DNA from: Burkholderiales bacterium
GTDB taxonomy: Bacteria; Pseudomonadota; Gammaproteobacteria; Burkholderiales; SG8-39
Direction of reading: 5' to 3'
DNA length: 33,586 nt
NCBI GenBank assembly: GCA_035530495.1
Contig: DATKUQ010000258.1
Coordinates: 1 to 33,586 of the forward strand
Position numbers and translations under genes: made by a program. The notes under the pieces are model-generated. The model ran no database searches and was not told the DNA's origin. It was given only the letters and a program-made list of their open reading frames with translations. Shown one piece after another: positions 1 to 8,491 of this stretch. Position 1 is the stretch's first letter. The number at the start of each line of letters is the position of its first letter.

Positions 1-329
1 GTTTCGAGGTGCTGCCATGCAGTTCCGGCGCCGAAGGTTTGCGCCGTATCGGGGAATTCGCGCCGGACCTGGTACTACTAGACGTGATGATGCCGGAAAT
101 GGATGGCTTCAGCGTTTTGCGTGCGCTGCGCGCGCGGCCCGAAAGCGCAGCGCTTCCGGTGGTCTTCCTCACCGCCAGGAACGAGGAAGGCGATGAATAT
201 CTGCGCTCAGGTGCGTGCGGGGTGATCGCCAAGCCCTTCGAGCCCGCCCTCCTGGTAGAGCGGGTGCAGGCCTACGCCGGGGGGCATGGTGGCCGCCCGG
301 ATTCGGGCTTGCGGCAGCGGGGAGACTAG
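1..329 (+). CDS. Response regulator receiver-domain protein, 5'-truncated by the window edge
   Basis: The frame is open from the window start (phase from nt 3: FEVLPCSSGAEGL...). It carries CheY-like receiver motifs DLVLLDVMMPEMDG, VVFLTA and AKPFEP. The stop is TAG at 327-329. No output domain follows before the stop. Confidence 0.8.
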   Translation, partial: FEVLPCSSGAEGLRRIGEFAPDLVLLDVMMPEMDGFSVLRALRARPESAALPVVFLTARNEEGDEYLRSGACGVIAKPFEPALLVERVQAYAGGHGGRPDSGLRQRGD

Positions 330-718
330 GCGCCGGAACTGAAGCGCTGCCACAGGGCGTTGACTTGCTCTACCAGCGCGTTCGGCTCGAAGGGTTTGGT
401 GATCACACCGAGCGCGCCGCGGCGCAGCAGATCCTGCCGCAGATCATCCTGCGTATTGGCGGTGAAAAATACCATCGGGGTCGCGGCTGTCTCGGGCAGT
501 TTGCGCAGGGCGTCCATGGTGGCAAGCCCGTCCATGCCCGGCATCATCACGTCGAGCAATATCAAGTCAGGGCCATACGACGCCGCGGATTGCACGGCTC
601 CGGCGCCGCTCGCGCACACCTGCACGTCGTAGCCGCCGATCTCCAGGCTAAGGCGGGCAATCAGCAGGATATCCGGATCATCCTCCACCAGCATGATTCT
701 CTTCAGCGGGCGCCTCAT
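326..718 (-). CDS. Single-domain CheY-like response regulator (130 aa)
   Basis: Receiver motifs are present: MLVEDDPD acidic pocket, LILLDVMMPGMDG, VFFTA and TKPFEP. The ATG at 718-716 overlaps the upstream kinase stop in an ATGA on the minus strand, suggesting translational coupling. Confidence 0.9.
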   Translation of the reverse strand: MRRPLKRIMLVEDDPDILLIARLSLEIGGYDVQVCASGAGAVQSAASYGPDLILLDVMMPGMDGLATMDALRKLPETAATPMVFFTANTQDDLRQDLLRRGALGVITKPFEPNALVEQVNALWQRFSSGA

Positions 719-3234
719 ATTCTCGTCACGCCGCGGTCCTGCCTGTCCTGCTGCGCCATTTGCGCGTTGGCTTGCAGCTCAAAATAAAACGTCGCGCCCG
801 TGCCGGGCATGCTTACAAAATCGATCTTCCCGCCCAGCTTGTCGATGATCAGCTTGCAGATCGCCAGGCCCAGGCCCGTGCCAGCCCTCTGGCGCGAGGC
901 CGAACTGTCGGCCTGGGCAAAGCGGTCGAAGACGCGCGGCTTGAATTCCTCAGGAATGCCAGGACCGGGGTCGATGATGCTGACGCGAAAAGCGCCGCGC
1001 ATGCGCTGCAGGCGTATCTCCACGTGCGCGCCGCGCGGGGAGAACTTAGCCGCGTTGGACAGAAGATTGGCCATCACCTGCATCAGCCGGTCAAAGCTCG
1101 CGTCCACCCAAGCCGGCCCCTCGCTTTGCGAGCGTATCAGTGTGACGCCGTACTGGTCGGCGTAGCCCCGGTTGGCCTGGATGGCGGTGTCGATCAAGGT
1201 CTCGAGATTCACCGGCTCGAGCTGGATCTGGAACTCCCCGGAATTGAGTTTTTCCACGTCGAGGATGTCATTGACCAGGCGCACCAGGCGCTGCGAGTTG
1301 TCCCTGGCGACGTGGATCAGCGTCTGGATGTCCTCGCGCAGGTCTTTTGTCCTGACGAGCAAGCCGAGCGAGCCGACGATCGAGGAAAGCGGCGTGCGCA
1401 GTTCGTGGCCGACTACGGCAATGAATTCATTCTTCATGCGCTCGATTTCTTTGCGCGCCGAGATATCGGCATTGGTTCCCGTCATGCGCAGGGCACGGCC
1501 GGCGGCGTCCCGGCTCACCACCTGGCCGTGGCTGAGGATCCATTTCCATTCGCCGTTGCGCGTCCTGACGCGATGCTCGACGCGGTATTCCGGGAGCGCG
1601 CCTTTGAGCGCGCCGATGAACACTCCTGCGATGCGCTCGCGATCGTCCGGATGCGCCAGCGCGTAAAGGGTCTGGGGATCGGTGAGGGTTTCGCGCGGGG
1701 AATCACCCAGGATCTCGGCCCAGCCCTCGCTGAGGTAGATTTTACCGCCGCTGATATCGGCATCCCAGATCGCCAGTCTCGACCCCTGCAGCGCCAGATC
1801 GAGGCGCTCGTTGGCGCGGGTGATTTCCTCCTGCTGGCGTACGCGCGCGCTGATGTCGGTGTGCGTGCCGATCATGCGCAGCGGCTTGCCGCCGGCATCG
1901 CGGCTCACCACCATGCCGCGTGCAAGTATCCATTTGCAGCTGCCGTCCTTGCACACCATGCGGAATTCTGTGGAGTAGGCCGGAAGCTTGCCGTCCAGAT
2001 ACGCCTGCAGATCCGCCATCACGCGCTCCCGGTCGTCCGGGTGTATGCGCCTTTCCCATTCGTCGCGCCGGTTTCCGAATTCGCCCTCGGCGTAGCCGAG
2101 AATTTCCTTGTAGCGTTTCGAATACTGGACCTCGTCGGTCTGGACGTTCCGGTCCCATACCCCGTCGCCGGCGCCCTCCAGGGCGAACTTCCAGCGCTCC
2201 TCGCTCTCGCGCAGTGCCTGCTCGACGACTTTGCGCTCGGTGATGTTGATGATCAGCGCGAAAATGCCCCTGACGCGACCGGCCTCGTCCCGATCGGGAA
2301 TGAAGGTGTCGACAAGATAGAGCTGGCTTCCATTCCATGCGTAGTGCTTGCGCTCGATCTCGACCCGTTCTCCCTGCAGCGCGCGCTCGACCTCGGGCTG
2401 AATGGCCAGGTACATCTCGCTGCCCAGAATCTCGGACAGATGGTGGTTGTCGATGCGCTCGGCCGGCAAACCCAGCCACTTCTCGACGGCGCGATTGTGG
2501 AACAGCACGCGGTGGCGCTTGTCGATGTAGCCGATCATCGCCGGAACCGAGCCCGTGACCAGGCGGTATTGCTCTTCCCGTTCATGCTGGCGCGCCTCGG
2601 CCTGCCGCCGTTCCTCGCGCTGGCGATAGAGTGCGGCGGCGGCGAAAAGCGCCAATGCGAGCGCCAACAGCCCGCTCCAGAGCGTGAGCTGTCCGAGCTG
2701 CCGCGCGCGTTCGGTATTGCGTTCCCGGTGCGCGTTGTCCAGCGCGTACTCTTGCTGCCGCATCGCCTCCACCAGCTGTGTGAATTCGCGCTCGCTGCTG
2801 CGGTAGGCGTCGCTCGAGATAAACGCCATTGCCGCGGCGGCGCCTTGCCGCTGGCGCAGCTTTGTGGCCTGCTTTTCCAAGTCGGTCATGGAAATCGCGG
2901 CCGCGCCCAGCGCCGCCGCGCGGCGGCGCTGCTCGCCGTCGACGAGCAGCGCGAGCTGCGCAACGTGGCGGCGGCAGTCGGCCTCAGCTTCCTGCAGGCG
3001 CTGCTGCGCCTCCCCGGAGCCGCTTATGATCTCGCTCAGGGTGGCGGATTGCGCCGCCTGCCTGGCCCTGACCAGCGCCTCTAGCTCGGCGAGGATGCGT
3101 TGGTCCTTGACCTCGGCTCTGGCCTGCTCCACCTGTTGCGTCACGGTCAGCTGATACGCGCCGCCAATCGTTACCAGCATGGCGATGGTGGTCGCAAGAA
3201 CCAGGTAAACGCCGATTCTGAATGAGAATTTCAT
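715..3234 (-). CDS. Membrane sensor histidine kinase with a helical periplasmic-type sensor region (CHASE3-like, unverified), three PAS-like modules, HisKA and HATPase_c
   Basis: 839-aa ORF. It has an N-terminal TM helix, a roughly 170-aa helical region and a second TM helix (LWSGLLALALALFAAAALY). Two tandem paralogous PAS modules share HPDDRER and KWIL..G.VVSRDA.G..LRM.GT..DISAR. Kinase boxes are present: H-box VVGHELRTPL, N-box LLSNAAKFS, G-boxes DPGPGIP and GTGLGLAI. No receiver or Hpt domain is fused. Confidence 0.9.
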   Translation of the reverse strand: MKFSFRIGVYLVLATTIAMLVTIGGAYQLTVTQQVEQARAEVKDQRILAELEALVRARQAAQSATLSEIISGSGEAQQRLQEAEADCRRHVAQLALLVDGEQRRRAAALGAAAISMTDLEKQATKLRQRQGAAAAMAFISSDAYRSSEREFTQLVEAMRQQEYALDNAHRERNTERARQLGQLTLWSGLLALALALFAAAALYRQREERRQAEARQHEREEQYRLVTGSVPAMIGYIDKRHRVLFHNRAVEKWLGLPAERIDNHHLSEILGSEMYLAIQPEVERALQGERVEIERKHYAWNGSQLYLVDTFIPDRDEAGRVRGIFALIINITERKVVEQALRESEERWKFALEGAGDGVWDRNVQTDEVQYSKRYKEILGYAEGEFGNRRDEWERRIHPDDRERVMADLQAYLDGKLPAYSTEFRMVCKDGSCKWILARGMVVSRDAGGKPLRMIGTHTDISARVRQQEEITRANERLDLALQGSRLAIWDADISGGKIYLSEGWAEILGDSPRETLTDPQTLYALAHPDDRERIAGVFIGALKGALPEYRVEHRVRTRNGEWKWILSHGQVVSRDAAGRALRMTGTNADISARKEIERMKNEFIAVVGHELRTPLSSIVGSLGLLVRTKDLREDIQTLIHVARDNSQRLVRLVNDILDVEKLNSGEFQIQLEPVNLETLIDTAIQANRGYADQYGVTLIRSQSEGPAWVDASFDRLMQVMANLLSNAAKFSPRGAHVEIRLQRMRGAFRVSIIDPGPGIPEEFKPRVFDRFAQADSSASRQRAGTGLGLAICKLIIDKLGGKIDFVSMPGTGATFYFELQANAQMAQQDRQDRGVTRI

Positions 3235-3331
3235 GACCGGCGAAGCATGTTACTTTTCGCCGGCAGCGTCAAATTTCGCGATGCCCGGGCTGGACGTCGC
3301 GGCCGTCTGCTAAAATGGCCGCGGAGAAGGT

Positions 3332-3655
3332 ATGTCCGACAAACTCATAATTTCCGTGGACGCGCAGATCGCCGCGCTGGTGCCGCGGTTTCTCGCCAAC
3401 CGCGTCGCCGATGCTGGCAAGGTCCGCGCGGCGTTGGCGGACGCCGATTTCGAGGCCATACGCGTCACGGCGCATGGGATGAAGGGGGCAGGCGGCGGCT
3501 ATGGCTTTCCCGAGATATCGCGCTTGGGGGCATCGATGGAGGAGAGCGCGCGGCAGCGTGACGCGGCGGCGATAAGCGTGCTCGTGGCGCGCCTGGAACA
3601 GTACCTGGCTCGCATTGAAGTCAAGCCTGACCCTGGGCAAGGGAGTACGGGGTAA
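3332..3655 (+). CDS. Stand-alone histidine phosphotransfer (Hpt) domain protein (107 aa)
   Basis: The motif AHGMKGAGGGYGF matches the Hpt HxxKG phospho-His signature in a helical context. An SD-like GGAGAAGG lies just upstream of the ATG. The gene is divergent from the kinase gene, separated by a 97-bp spacer. Confidence 0.75.
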   Translation: MSDKLIISVDAQIAALVPRFLANRVADAGKVRAALADADFEAIRVTAHGMKGAGGGYGFPEISRLGASMEESARQRDAAAISVLVARLEQYLARIEVKPDPGQGSTG

Positions 3656-3730
3656 TGGTTAAGGTCGGCGCCGACGCGCGCGGCAACCATCGACGATCAA
3701 CGGTCAACCATCACCGATGAACTGATCATC

Positions 3731-4432
3731 ATGCGCATCGCATTGCTTGAAGACGAACAGGATCAGGCGGATCTGGTGTGCGCCTGGCTGAAGGCCGCAG
3801 GCCACAGTTGCCATGCGTACGCGCTGGGCAAAGACCTGATGCGCGCGGCGCAGCGGGAAAGCTTCGACATGTTCCTGCTTGACTGGCAAGTGCCGGGGAT
3901 GTCGGGTGCGGAAGTACTGGTCTGGATCAGAGCGAACATCGCCGAGCCCGTGCCAGTGCTGTTCGTCACCGCGCGCCAGCGGGAGGAGGACATCGTGCAT
4001 GCCCTGTCCGGCGGCGCCGACGACTATATGGTCAAGCCCCTGGGCAAGCGCGAACTCCTCGCGCGCATCGACGCACTTGCGCGGCGCGCGCGGCCGGGTC
4101 CGCGCGCGGACGAAGGCGTGCTCGAATACGGAAGGCTGAGCGTGGATTGCAGCAGGCGCCAGGTCTCGCTCGACGGCGCGGTGGTGACGATGACGCAAAA
4201 GGACTACGAACTCGCGTTGTTCCTGCTGCGCAACGTTGGGCGTTTGCTGTCGCGCGCCCACATTTTGGAAGCGGTCTGGGGGCAGTCGGCCGAAATCAAC
4301 ACGCGTACCGTCGACACGCACGTGAGCCGCATTCGGGGCAAGCTTCAGCTCACGCCCGAAAACGGATGGAGCCTGACCGCGGTCTACCAGCATGGCTACC
4401 GGCTCGAGCGGCTTGCTGCGGCCGCGCCCTAG
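3731..4432 (+). CDS. OmpR/PhoB-family DNA-binding response regulator (233 aa)
   Basis: The receiver has MRIALLEDE, FDMFLLDWQVPGMSG, FVTA and VKPL. The C-terminal winged helix has LTQKDYELALFLL, RTVDTHVSRIRGKL and GYRL. Confidence 0.9.
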   Translation: MRIALLEDEQDQADLVCAWLKAAGHSCHAYALGKDLMRAAQRESFDMFLLDWQVPGMSGAEVLVWIRANIAEPVPVLFVTARQREEDIVHALSGGADDYMVKPLGKRELLARIDALARRARPGPRADEGVLEYGRLSVDCSRRQVSLDGAVVTMTQKDYELALFLLRNVGRLLSRAHILEAVWGQSAEINTRTVDTHVSRIRGKLQLTPENGWSLTAVYQHGYRLERLAAAAP

Positions 4433-4474
4433 CGCTGGTTCAATTCATATTGCGCCGGCTGGCCAGAACCCATC

Positions 4475-4690
4475 TTGGGCAAACTCCTTACGCTGATTCT
4501 TGTCATCGTCGTCGCGTGGCGGCTGATGAAGGGTTATGGGCGCAAGCGTGCAACCCGGAACGCGCCGCAGGCCGCGCCCGAACAGATGGTCAACTGCGAT
4601 TATTGCGGCCTGTACCTTCCGCATGGCGAGGCCCTAGCCGAGGCGGGCAAGTTCTACTGCTGCGCCGAACACCGCCGCCGGACCGGGTAG
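4475..4690 (+). CDS. PP0621-family small protein: N-terminal membrane anchor plus C-terminal Cys-rich (zinc-ribbon-like) module
   Basis: 71 aa starting from TTG. It has a hydrophobic N-terminus (KLLTLILVIVVAW) and the motif CDYCGLYLP...GKFYCCAEH. It sits immediately upstream of the kinase/sigma54 regulator pair, as is typical for this family. The family assignment is from memory. The start codon is uncertain because there is no clear SD. Confidence 0.6.
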   Translation: MGKLLTLILVIVVAWRLMKGYGRKRATRNAPQAAPEQMVNCDYCGLYLPHGEALAEAGKFYCCAEHRRRTG

Positions 4691-4702
4691 CGCCGGTCTA
4701 AC

Positions 4703-6292
4703 ATGGCCAGCTGGCAGTTCGCCCCGGATACGCAACCAGACTCGTTCTGGGTTTCACTGCGCTATTTCAACATCTATCGCACGCTGCTGGCGGGGGCGTT
4801 CCTCGCCGCGGCGCTGGTGTTTGGCGACAATCTCAATTTCGGCAGTCACAACCTCGTGCTGTTTGAGTACGTCGCCGGCGCCTATCTGCTGCTGGCGGGC
4901 GCCTACCATGTGCTGCTGGAAAAGATGCGCCGCTATTTCAATTTCCAGCTGAGTCTGCACGTCATCACTGACATCGTCGCCACGGTGCTGCTGATGAACG
5001 CGAGCAACGGCTTTCGCAGCGGTCTGGGTGTAATGCTGCTGATTTCGCTTGCGGCGGCGGCTCTGGTGAGTCGCGGTGCGCTCACACTGTTCTATGCCGC
5101 GCTTGCTTCGATCGCCATTTTGCTGGAACAGACCTACTGGATTCTGGTGTTTGACCACAGTACCGCCAATTATGTGCAACCGGGACTGCTGTCCATCGGC
5201 TATTTCGCCACGGCGTTGATCACCAACCAGTTGGCGCAACGCGTCATTCGCCAGGAACGGGTAATGCGGCAACGCTCGGTCGACCTGAGCAATCAGCTGC
5301 GCATCAACCAACTGGTGATTCAGGACATGCAGGATGCCGTGCTGGTGGTCGACGGCAACGGGCTGGTGCGCCAGCATAATCCGCAGGTGTCGGCCTTGCT
5401 CGGATGGCAGGCGCCGGAGCTCGATCAGATCGAGAATTTATCGCCCGAGATTGCGCGCGCGCTGGAGCGCTGGCGCAACGCCGCGGGTGGCGCGGTCGAA
5501 ACTCTGTTGCTATCCGGAAGCGGCAAGTTCGTGCGCGCGCGCTTTGTCGAGGCCGGTGTCGCGGGCGGCAGCATTTCCCTGGTGTTCCTCGAGGACCTGT
5601 CGCGGCTGCAGGAGCAGGCGCAGCAGCTTAAGCTGGCCGCGCTCGGAAGGCTCACCGCCAATATTGCGCACGAGATCCGTAATCCGCTTTCGGCGATCAG
5701 CCATGCGAGCGAATTGCTGGTGGAGGAGCAGCGCGGACCCTCGCAGGAACGCCTGCTGCGCATCATCCAGGACAACTCCAAACGCCTCGATCGCATGGTG
5801 CGCGACGTGCTCGAGCTGACACGGCGCGACCGGGTGCATCCCGAGACTATTCAGCTCGCGGTTTTTCTGCCGACCTTTATCGATGAGTTCGGACAAAACG
5901 AGCGCATCCCCGCGACAAGCTTCGCGCTGGAAGTGCATGAGGCGAGCGAGATCGTGTTTGACCGGGTGCATTTGCAGCAGGTGCTGTGGAATCTGCTGCG
6001 CAACGCTTGGCGCCACTCGCGCCAGCACGAGGCGAGCGTGCGCGTGGTGGTTAGGCGCCGGGCGAATCGGGTAGAATTGGACGTGATCGATGACGGTGAG
6101 GGGGTGCCTACGCACCTGCGACAGCAATTGTTCGAGCCGTTCTTCACTACCTACAGCGGCGGCACCGGCCTGGGTCTGTACATCGCGCGCGAGATGTGCG
6201 CGGCCAACGCCGCCATTCTTGAATACGTTGTCCCGCCGGGGGAAGCCGCCGGGGCGGACTTCCGCATTCTGTGCGGGGGGCGGCCGGGATGA
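4703..6292 (+). CDS. PilS-like polytopic sensor histidine kinase (529 aa)
   Basis: The N-terminal half has about six hydrophobic helices, followed by a PAS-like region. Kinase boxes are present: H-box IAHEIRNPL, N-box LLRNAWRHS, DDGEGVP and GTGLGLYIA. Confidence 0.85.
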   Translation: MASWQFAPDTQPDSFWVSLRYFNIYRTLLAGAFLAAALVFGDNLNFGSHNLVLFEYVAGAYLLLAGAYHVLLEKMRRYFNFQLSLHVITDIVATVLLMNASNGFRSGLGVMLLISLAAAALVSRGALTLFYAALASIAILLEQTYWILVFDHSTANYVQPGLLSIGYFATALITNQLAQRVIRQERVMRQRSVDLSNQLRINQLVIQDMQDAVLVVDGNGLVRQHNPQVSALLGWQAPELDQIENLSPEIARALERWRNAAGGAVETLLLSGSGKFVRARFVEAGVAGGSISLVFLEDLSRLQEQAQQLKLAALGRLTANIAHEIRNPLSAISHASELLVEEQRGPSQERLLRIIQDNSKRLDRMVRDVLELTRRDRVHPETIQLAVFLPTFIDEFGQNERIPATSFALEVHEASEIVFDRVHLQQVLWNLLRNAWRHSRQHEASVRVVVRRRANRVELDVIDDGEGVPTHLRQQLFEPFFTTYSGGTGLGLYIAREMCAANAAILEYVVPPGEAAGADFRILCGGRPG

Positions 6293-7647
6293 AGCGTGCC
6301 GAACGCAGAAGCGAGCAGGCGGCCGCCACGGTCTTGGTGGTCGATGACGAAGCCGATATCCGCGAATTGCTCGAACTGACGCTGTTGCGCATGGGGCTGG
6401 CGGTGGCGCCGGCAGCGAGCGTCGCCGAGGCAAGCGCGCTGCTCAAAGCGCGGCGCTTCGACCTGTGCCTGACCGACATGCGCCTGCCGGACGGCGACGG
6501 CCTGGAACTCGTGCGCTACATCGGCGAGCATTGCGCTGATCTCCCGGTCGCGGTCATCACCGCCTATGGCAGCGCCGAGAACGCGGTCGCTGCACTCAAG
6601 GCCGGCGCGTTCGACTATCTGTCCAAGCCAGTGTCGCTGGAGGCTTTGCGTACTCTGGTGAAATCGGCGCTAAAGCTGCCGCAGACTCCGAGCGCCGCCA
6701 GAGCCGCCCGGCTGCTCGGCGATTCGCCGGCGATGCAGCAGGCACGCGATATGATTCACAAACTTGCGCGCAGCCAGGCGCCGGTATACATCAGTGGCGA
6801 GTCGGGCAGCGGCAAGGAATTGGCGGCGCGCCTGATCCACGAACAGGGGGCGCGCCACGACCTGCCGTTCGTCCCCGTGAACTGCGGGGCCATTCCGGAA
6901 AACCTGATGGAGAGCGAATTCTTCGGTTACAAGAAAGGGGCCTTTACCGGGGCGGAAGCCGATCGCGACGGCTTCTTCCAGGTGGCAAATGGCGGCACAC
7001 TGTTTCTGGACGAGGTCGCCGATCTGCCGCTCGCGATGCAGGTGAAGCTGCTGCGCGCGATCCAGGAGAAGTGCGTGCGCAAGGTGGGCGCCACCGCGGA
7101 AGATCCGGTCGACGTGCGCATGATCTGCGCCACCCACCAGAACCTCACCGCTCTGGTCGAGGCGGGACGGTTCCGCCAGGATCTGTATTTCCGTCTCAAC
7201 GTGATCGAACTGAAAATGCCGTCATTGAAAGAGTGCCGCGAAGACATCGCTGCGCTGGCCGAGGCCATGCTCGCGCGTGTCGTCGGTCCAGGGGGCGAGG
7301 CGCCGCGCCTGTCGAAGGCGGCGCAGGCGGCGCTTGAAAGCTACGATTTTCCCGGTAATGTGCGCGAGTTGGAGAACATCTTGGAACGCGCAGTGGCGCT
7401 GTGCAGCGGGAGCGAAATCCAGGCGGAGGATTTACGTCTGGTGCCGGCGCGTCATGCGGGCGATTCGCCGGCTGGCGGCAAATCGCCGTTGCCGGACTAT
7501 CTCGACCGGATCGAGCGCGAGGCGATTCTCGAAGCACTTGCAAAAACGCGCTTCAACCGCACCGCGGCGGCCAAGCTTCTCGGAATCACCTTTCGCGCCC
7601 TGCGCTACCGCATGGAGCGGCTTGGGATCAACGAACCACCCCCATGA
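6289..7647 (+). CDS. Sigma54-dependent (NtrC/PilR-type) response regulator (452 aa)
   Basis: The ATG at 6289 overlaps the kinase TGA (ATGA). The receiver has VLVVDDE and DLCLTDMRLPDGDG. The AAA+ domain has Walker A GESGSGKE, the GAFTGA sigma54-contact loop and ESEFFGY. A C-terminal Fis-type HTH reads AAKLLGITFRALRYRM. Confidence 0.9.
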   Translation: MKRAERRSEQAAATVLVVDDEADIRELLELTLLRMGLAVAPAASVAEASALLKARRFDLCLTDMRLPDGDGLELVRYIGEHCADLPVAVITAYGSAENAVAALKAGAFDYLSKPVSLEALRTLVKSALKLPQTPSAARAARLLGDSPAMQQARDMIHKLARSQAPVYISGESGSGKELAARLIHEQGARHDLPFVPVNCGAIPENLMESEFFGYKKGAFTGAEADRDGFFQVANGGTLFLDEVADLPLAMQVKLLRAIQEKCVRKVGATAEDPVDVRMICATHQNLTALVEAGRFRQDLYFRLNVIELKMPSLKECREDIAALAEAMLARVVGPGGEAPRLSKAAQAALESYDFPGNVRELENILERAVALCSGSEIQAEDLRLVPARHAGDSPAGGKSPLPDYLDRIEREAILEALAKTRFNRTAAAKLLGITFRALRYRMERLGINEPPP

Positions 7648-8180
7648 TCGCCAATGCCGACGGGCGCGTGGACGCGGCGCGCTATGTGGCTTCCGCCAAC
7701 TGCGACGAGCGGCCGCCAGGTGAGGCGATCACGCTGCTGGTGGTCCACAGCATCAGCCTGCCGCCGGGGGAATTTGGCGGCGACGGCATCGTGCGCCTGT
7801 TCACAAACGAGCTCGACTGGACCGCTCATCCTTACTATCGGTCCATTACCGGGATAAGAGTATCGGCGCACTTCCTTATCCGCCGCACCGGCGAATTGCT
7901 GCAGTTCGTGCCGTGCACCAAGCGCGCCTGGCATGCCGGCGTGTCGGCCTGGCGCGGGCGCAGCGACTGCAACGGCTTCTCGATAGGTATCGAACTGGAG
8001 GGCGCGGATGATCTGCCCTTCGCCGAGCCTCAGTACCTCGTACTCGCGCAACTCGCACGCGCGCTGTGTTCCGCCTACCCGATCGCTGATATCGTCGGCC
8101 ACTGCGATATTGCGCCCGCGCGCAAGACTGATCCGGGGCCCGGTTTCGACTGGGCCCGTTTTCGCGACTCGATCAAATAG
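7644..8180 (+). CDS. ampD: 1,6-anhydro-N-acetylmuramyl-L-alanine amidase AmpD (178 aa)
   Basis: Amidase_2 motifs are present: VVHSISLPPGEFGG, SAHFLIRRTGELLQFV, AWHAGVS, FSIGIELEG and GHCDIAPARKTDPGPGFDW. The ATG at 7644 overlaps the regulator TGA (ATGA). Confidence 0.85.
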   Translation: MIANADGRVDAARYVASANCDERPPGEAITLLVVHSISLPPGEFGGDGIVRLFTNELDWTAHPYYRSITGIRVSAHFLIRRTGELLQFVPCTKRAWHAGVSAWRGRSDCNGFSIGIELEGADDLPFAEPQYLVLAQLARALCSAYPIADIVGHCDIAPARKTDPGPGFDWARFRDSIK

Positions 8181-8349
8181 CAGATCGCAGCGCCGGCTGC
8201 GAAAATTTCTTCTTGTACTGCCGCCAGGCAAGCGGCGGAAAACTACGCATCCCAGTTTACGCAGTGGACGCTGCTTGCGCTGAGTGCAGGCGTCCGGCTC
8301 GGCCTTTTTGCGCACATCTTGCGCGGGAACACTTTTTTGTAAAAACTTC

Positions 8350-8378
8350 TTGCAAAATCAAAAGCGCGTCACTAAAAT
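8350..8378 (+). promoter_or_regulatory. Candidate sigma70-type promoter upstream of nrdA (TTGCAA-N17-TAAAAT)
   Basis: The -35 is TTGCAA at 8350-8355, the spacer is 17 nt, and the -10 is TAAAAT at 8373-8378. A second candidate is TTGCGA at 8382-8387, a 16-nt spacer, and TATATA at 8404-8409. The -10 of that second candidate lies inside NrdR box 1. Confidence 0.4.
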
Positions 8379-8399
8379 TAGTTGCGAACTGGTTATAGG

Positions 8400-8445
8400 A
8401 TACTATATATTGTGGTCGCGGCCGGAACCAAACTATAGATCAGCA
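8400..8445 (+). promoter_or_regulatory. Candidate tandem NrdR boxes
   Basis: Box 1, ATACTATATATTGTGG (8400-8415), matches 13 of 16 positions of the NrdR palindrome ACACTATATATAGTGT as I recall it. Box 2, AAACTATAGATCAGCA (8430-8445), matches mainly the left half-site (9 of 16). The box starts are 30 nt apart, about three helical turns. The site lies 47-92 nt upstream of the nrdA ATG. Confidence 0.4.
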
Positions 8446-8491
8446 ACGCCATAGCAAGGCTCGGTAGGCGAGTACAAAAGGGGGAACGCAG

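Noticed and set aside
760-3084. A 774-aa plus-strand ORF covering almost the whole kinase gene.
   Set aside because: It is antisense to a kinase ORF that has a full set of motifs. Its translation is an Ala/Arg/Gly/Leu-rich low-information sequence with no motifs, which is typical of shadow ORFs in GC-rich DNA.
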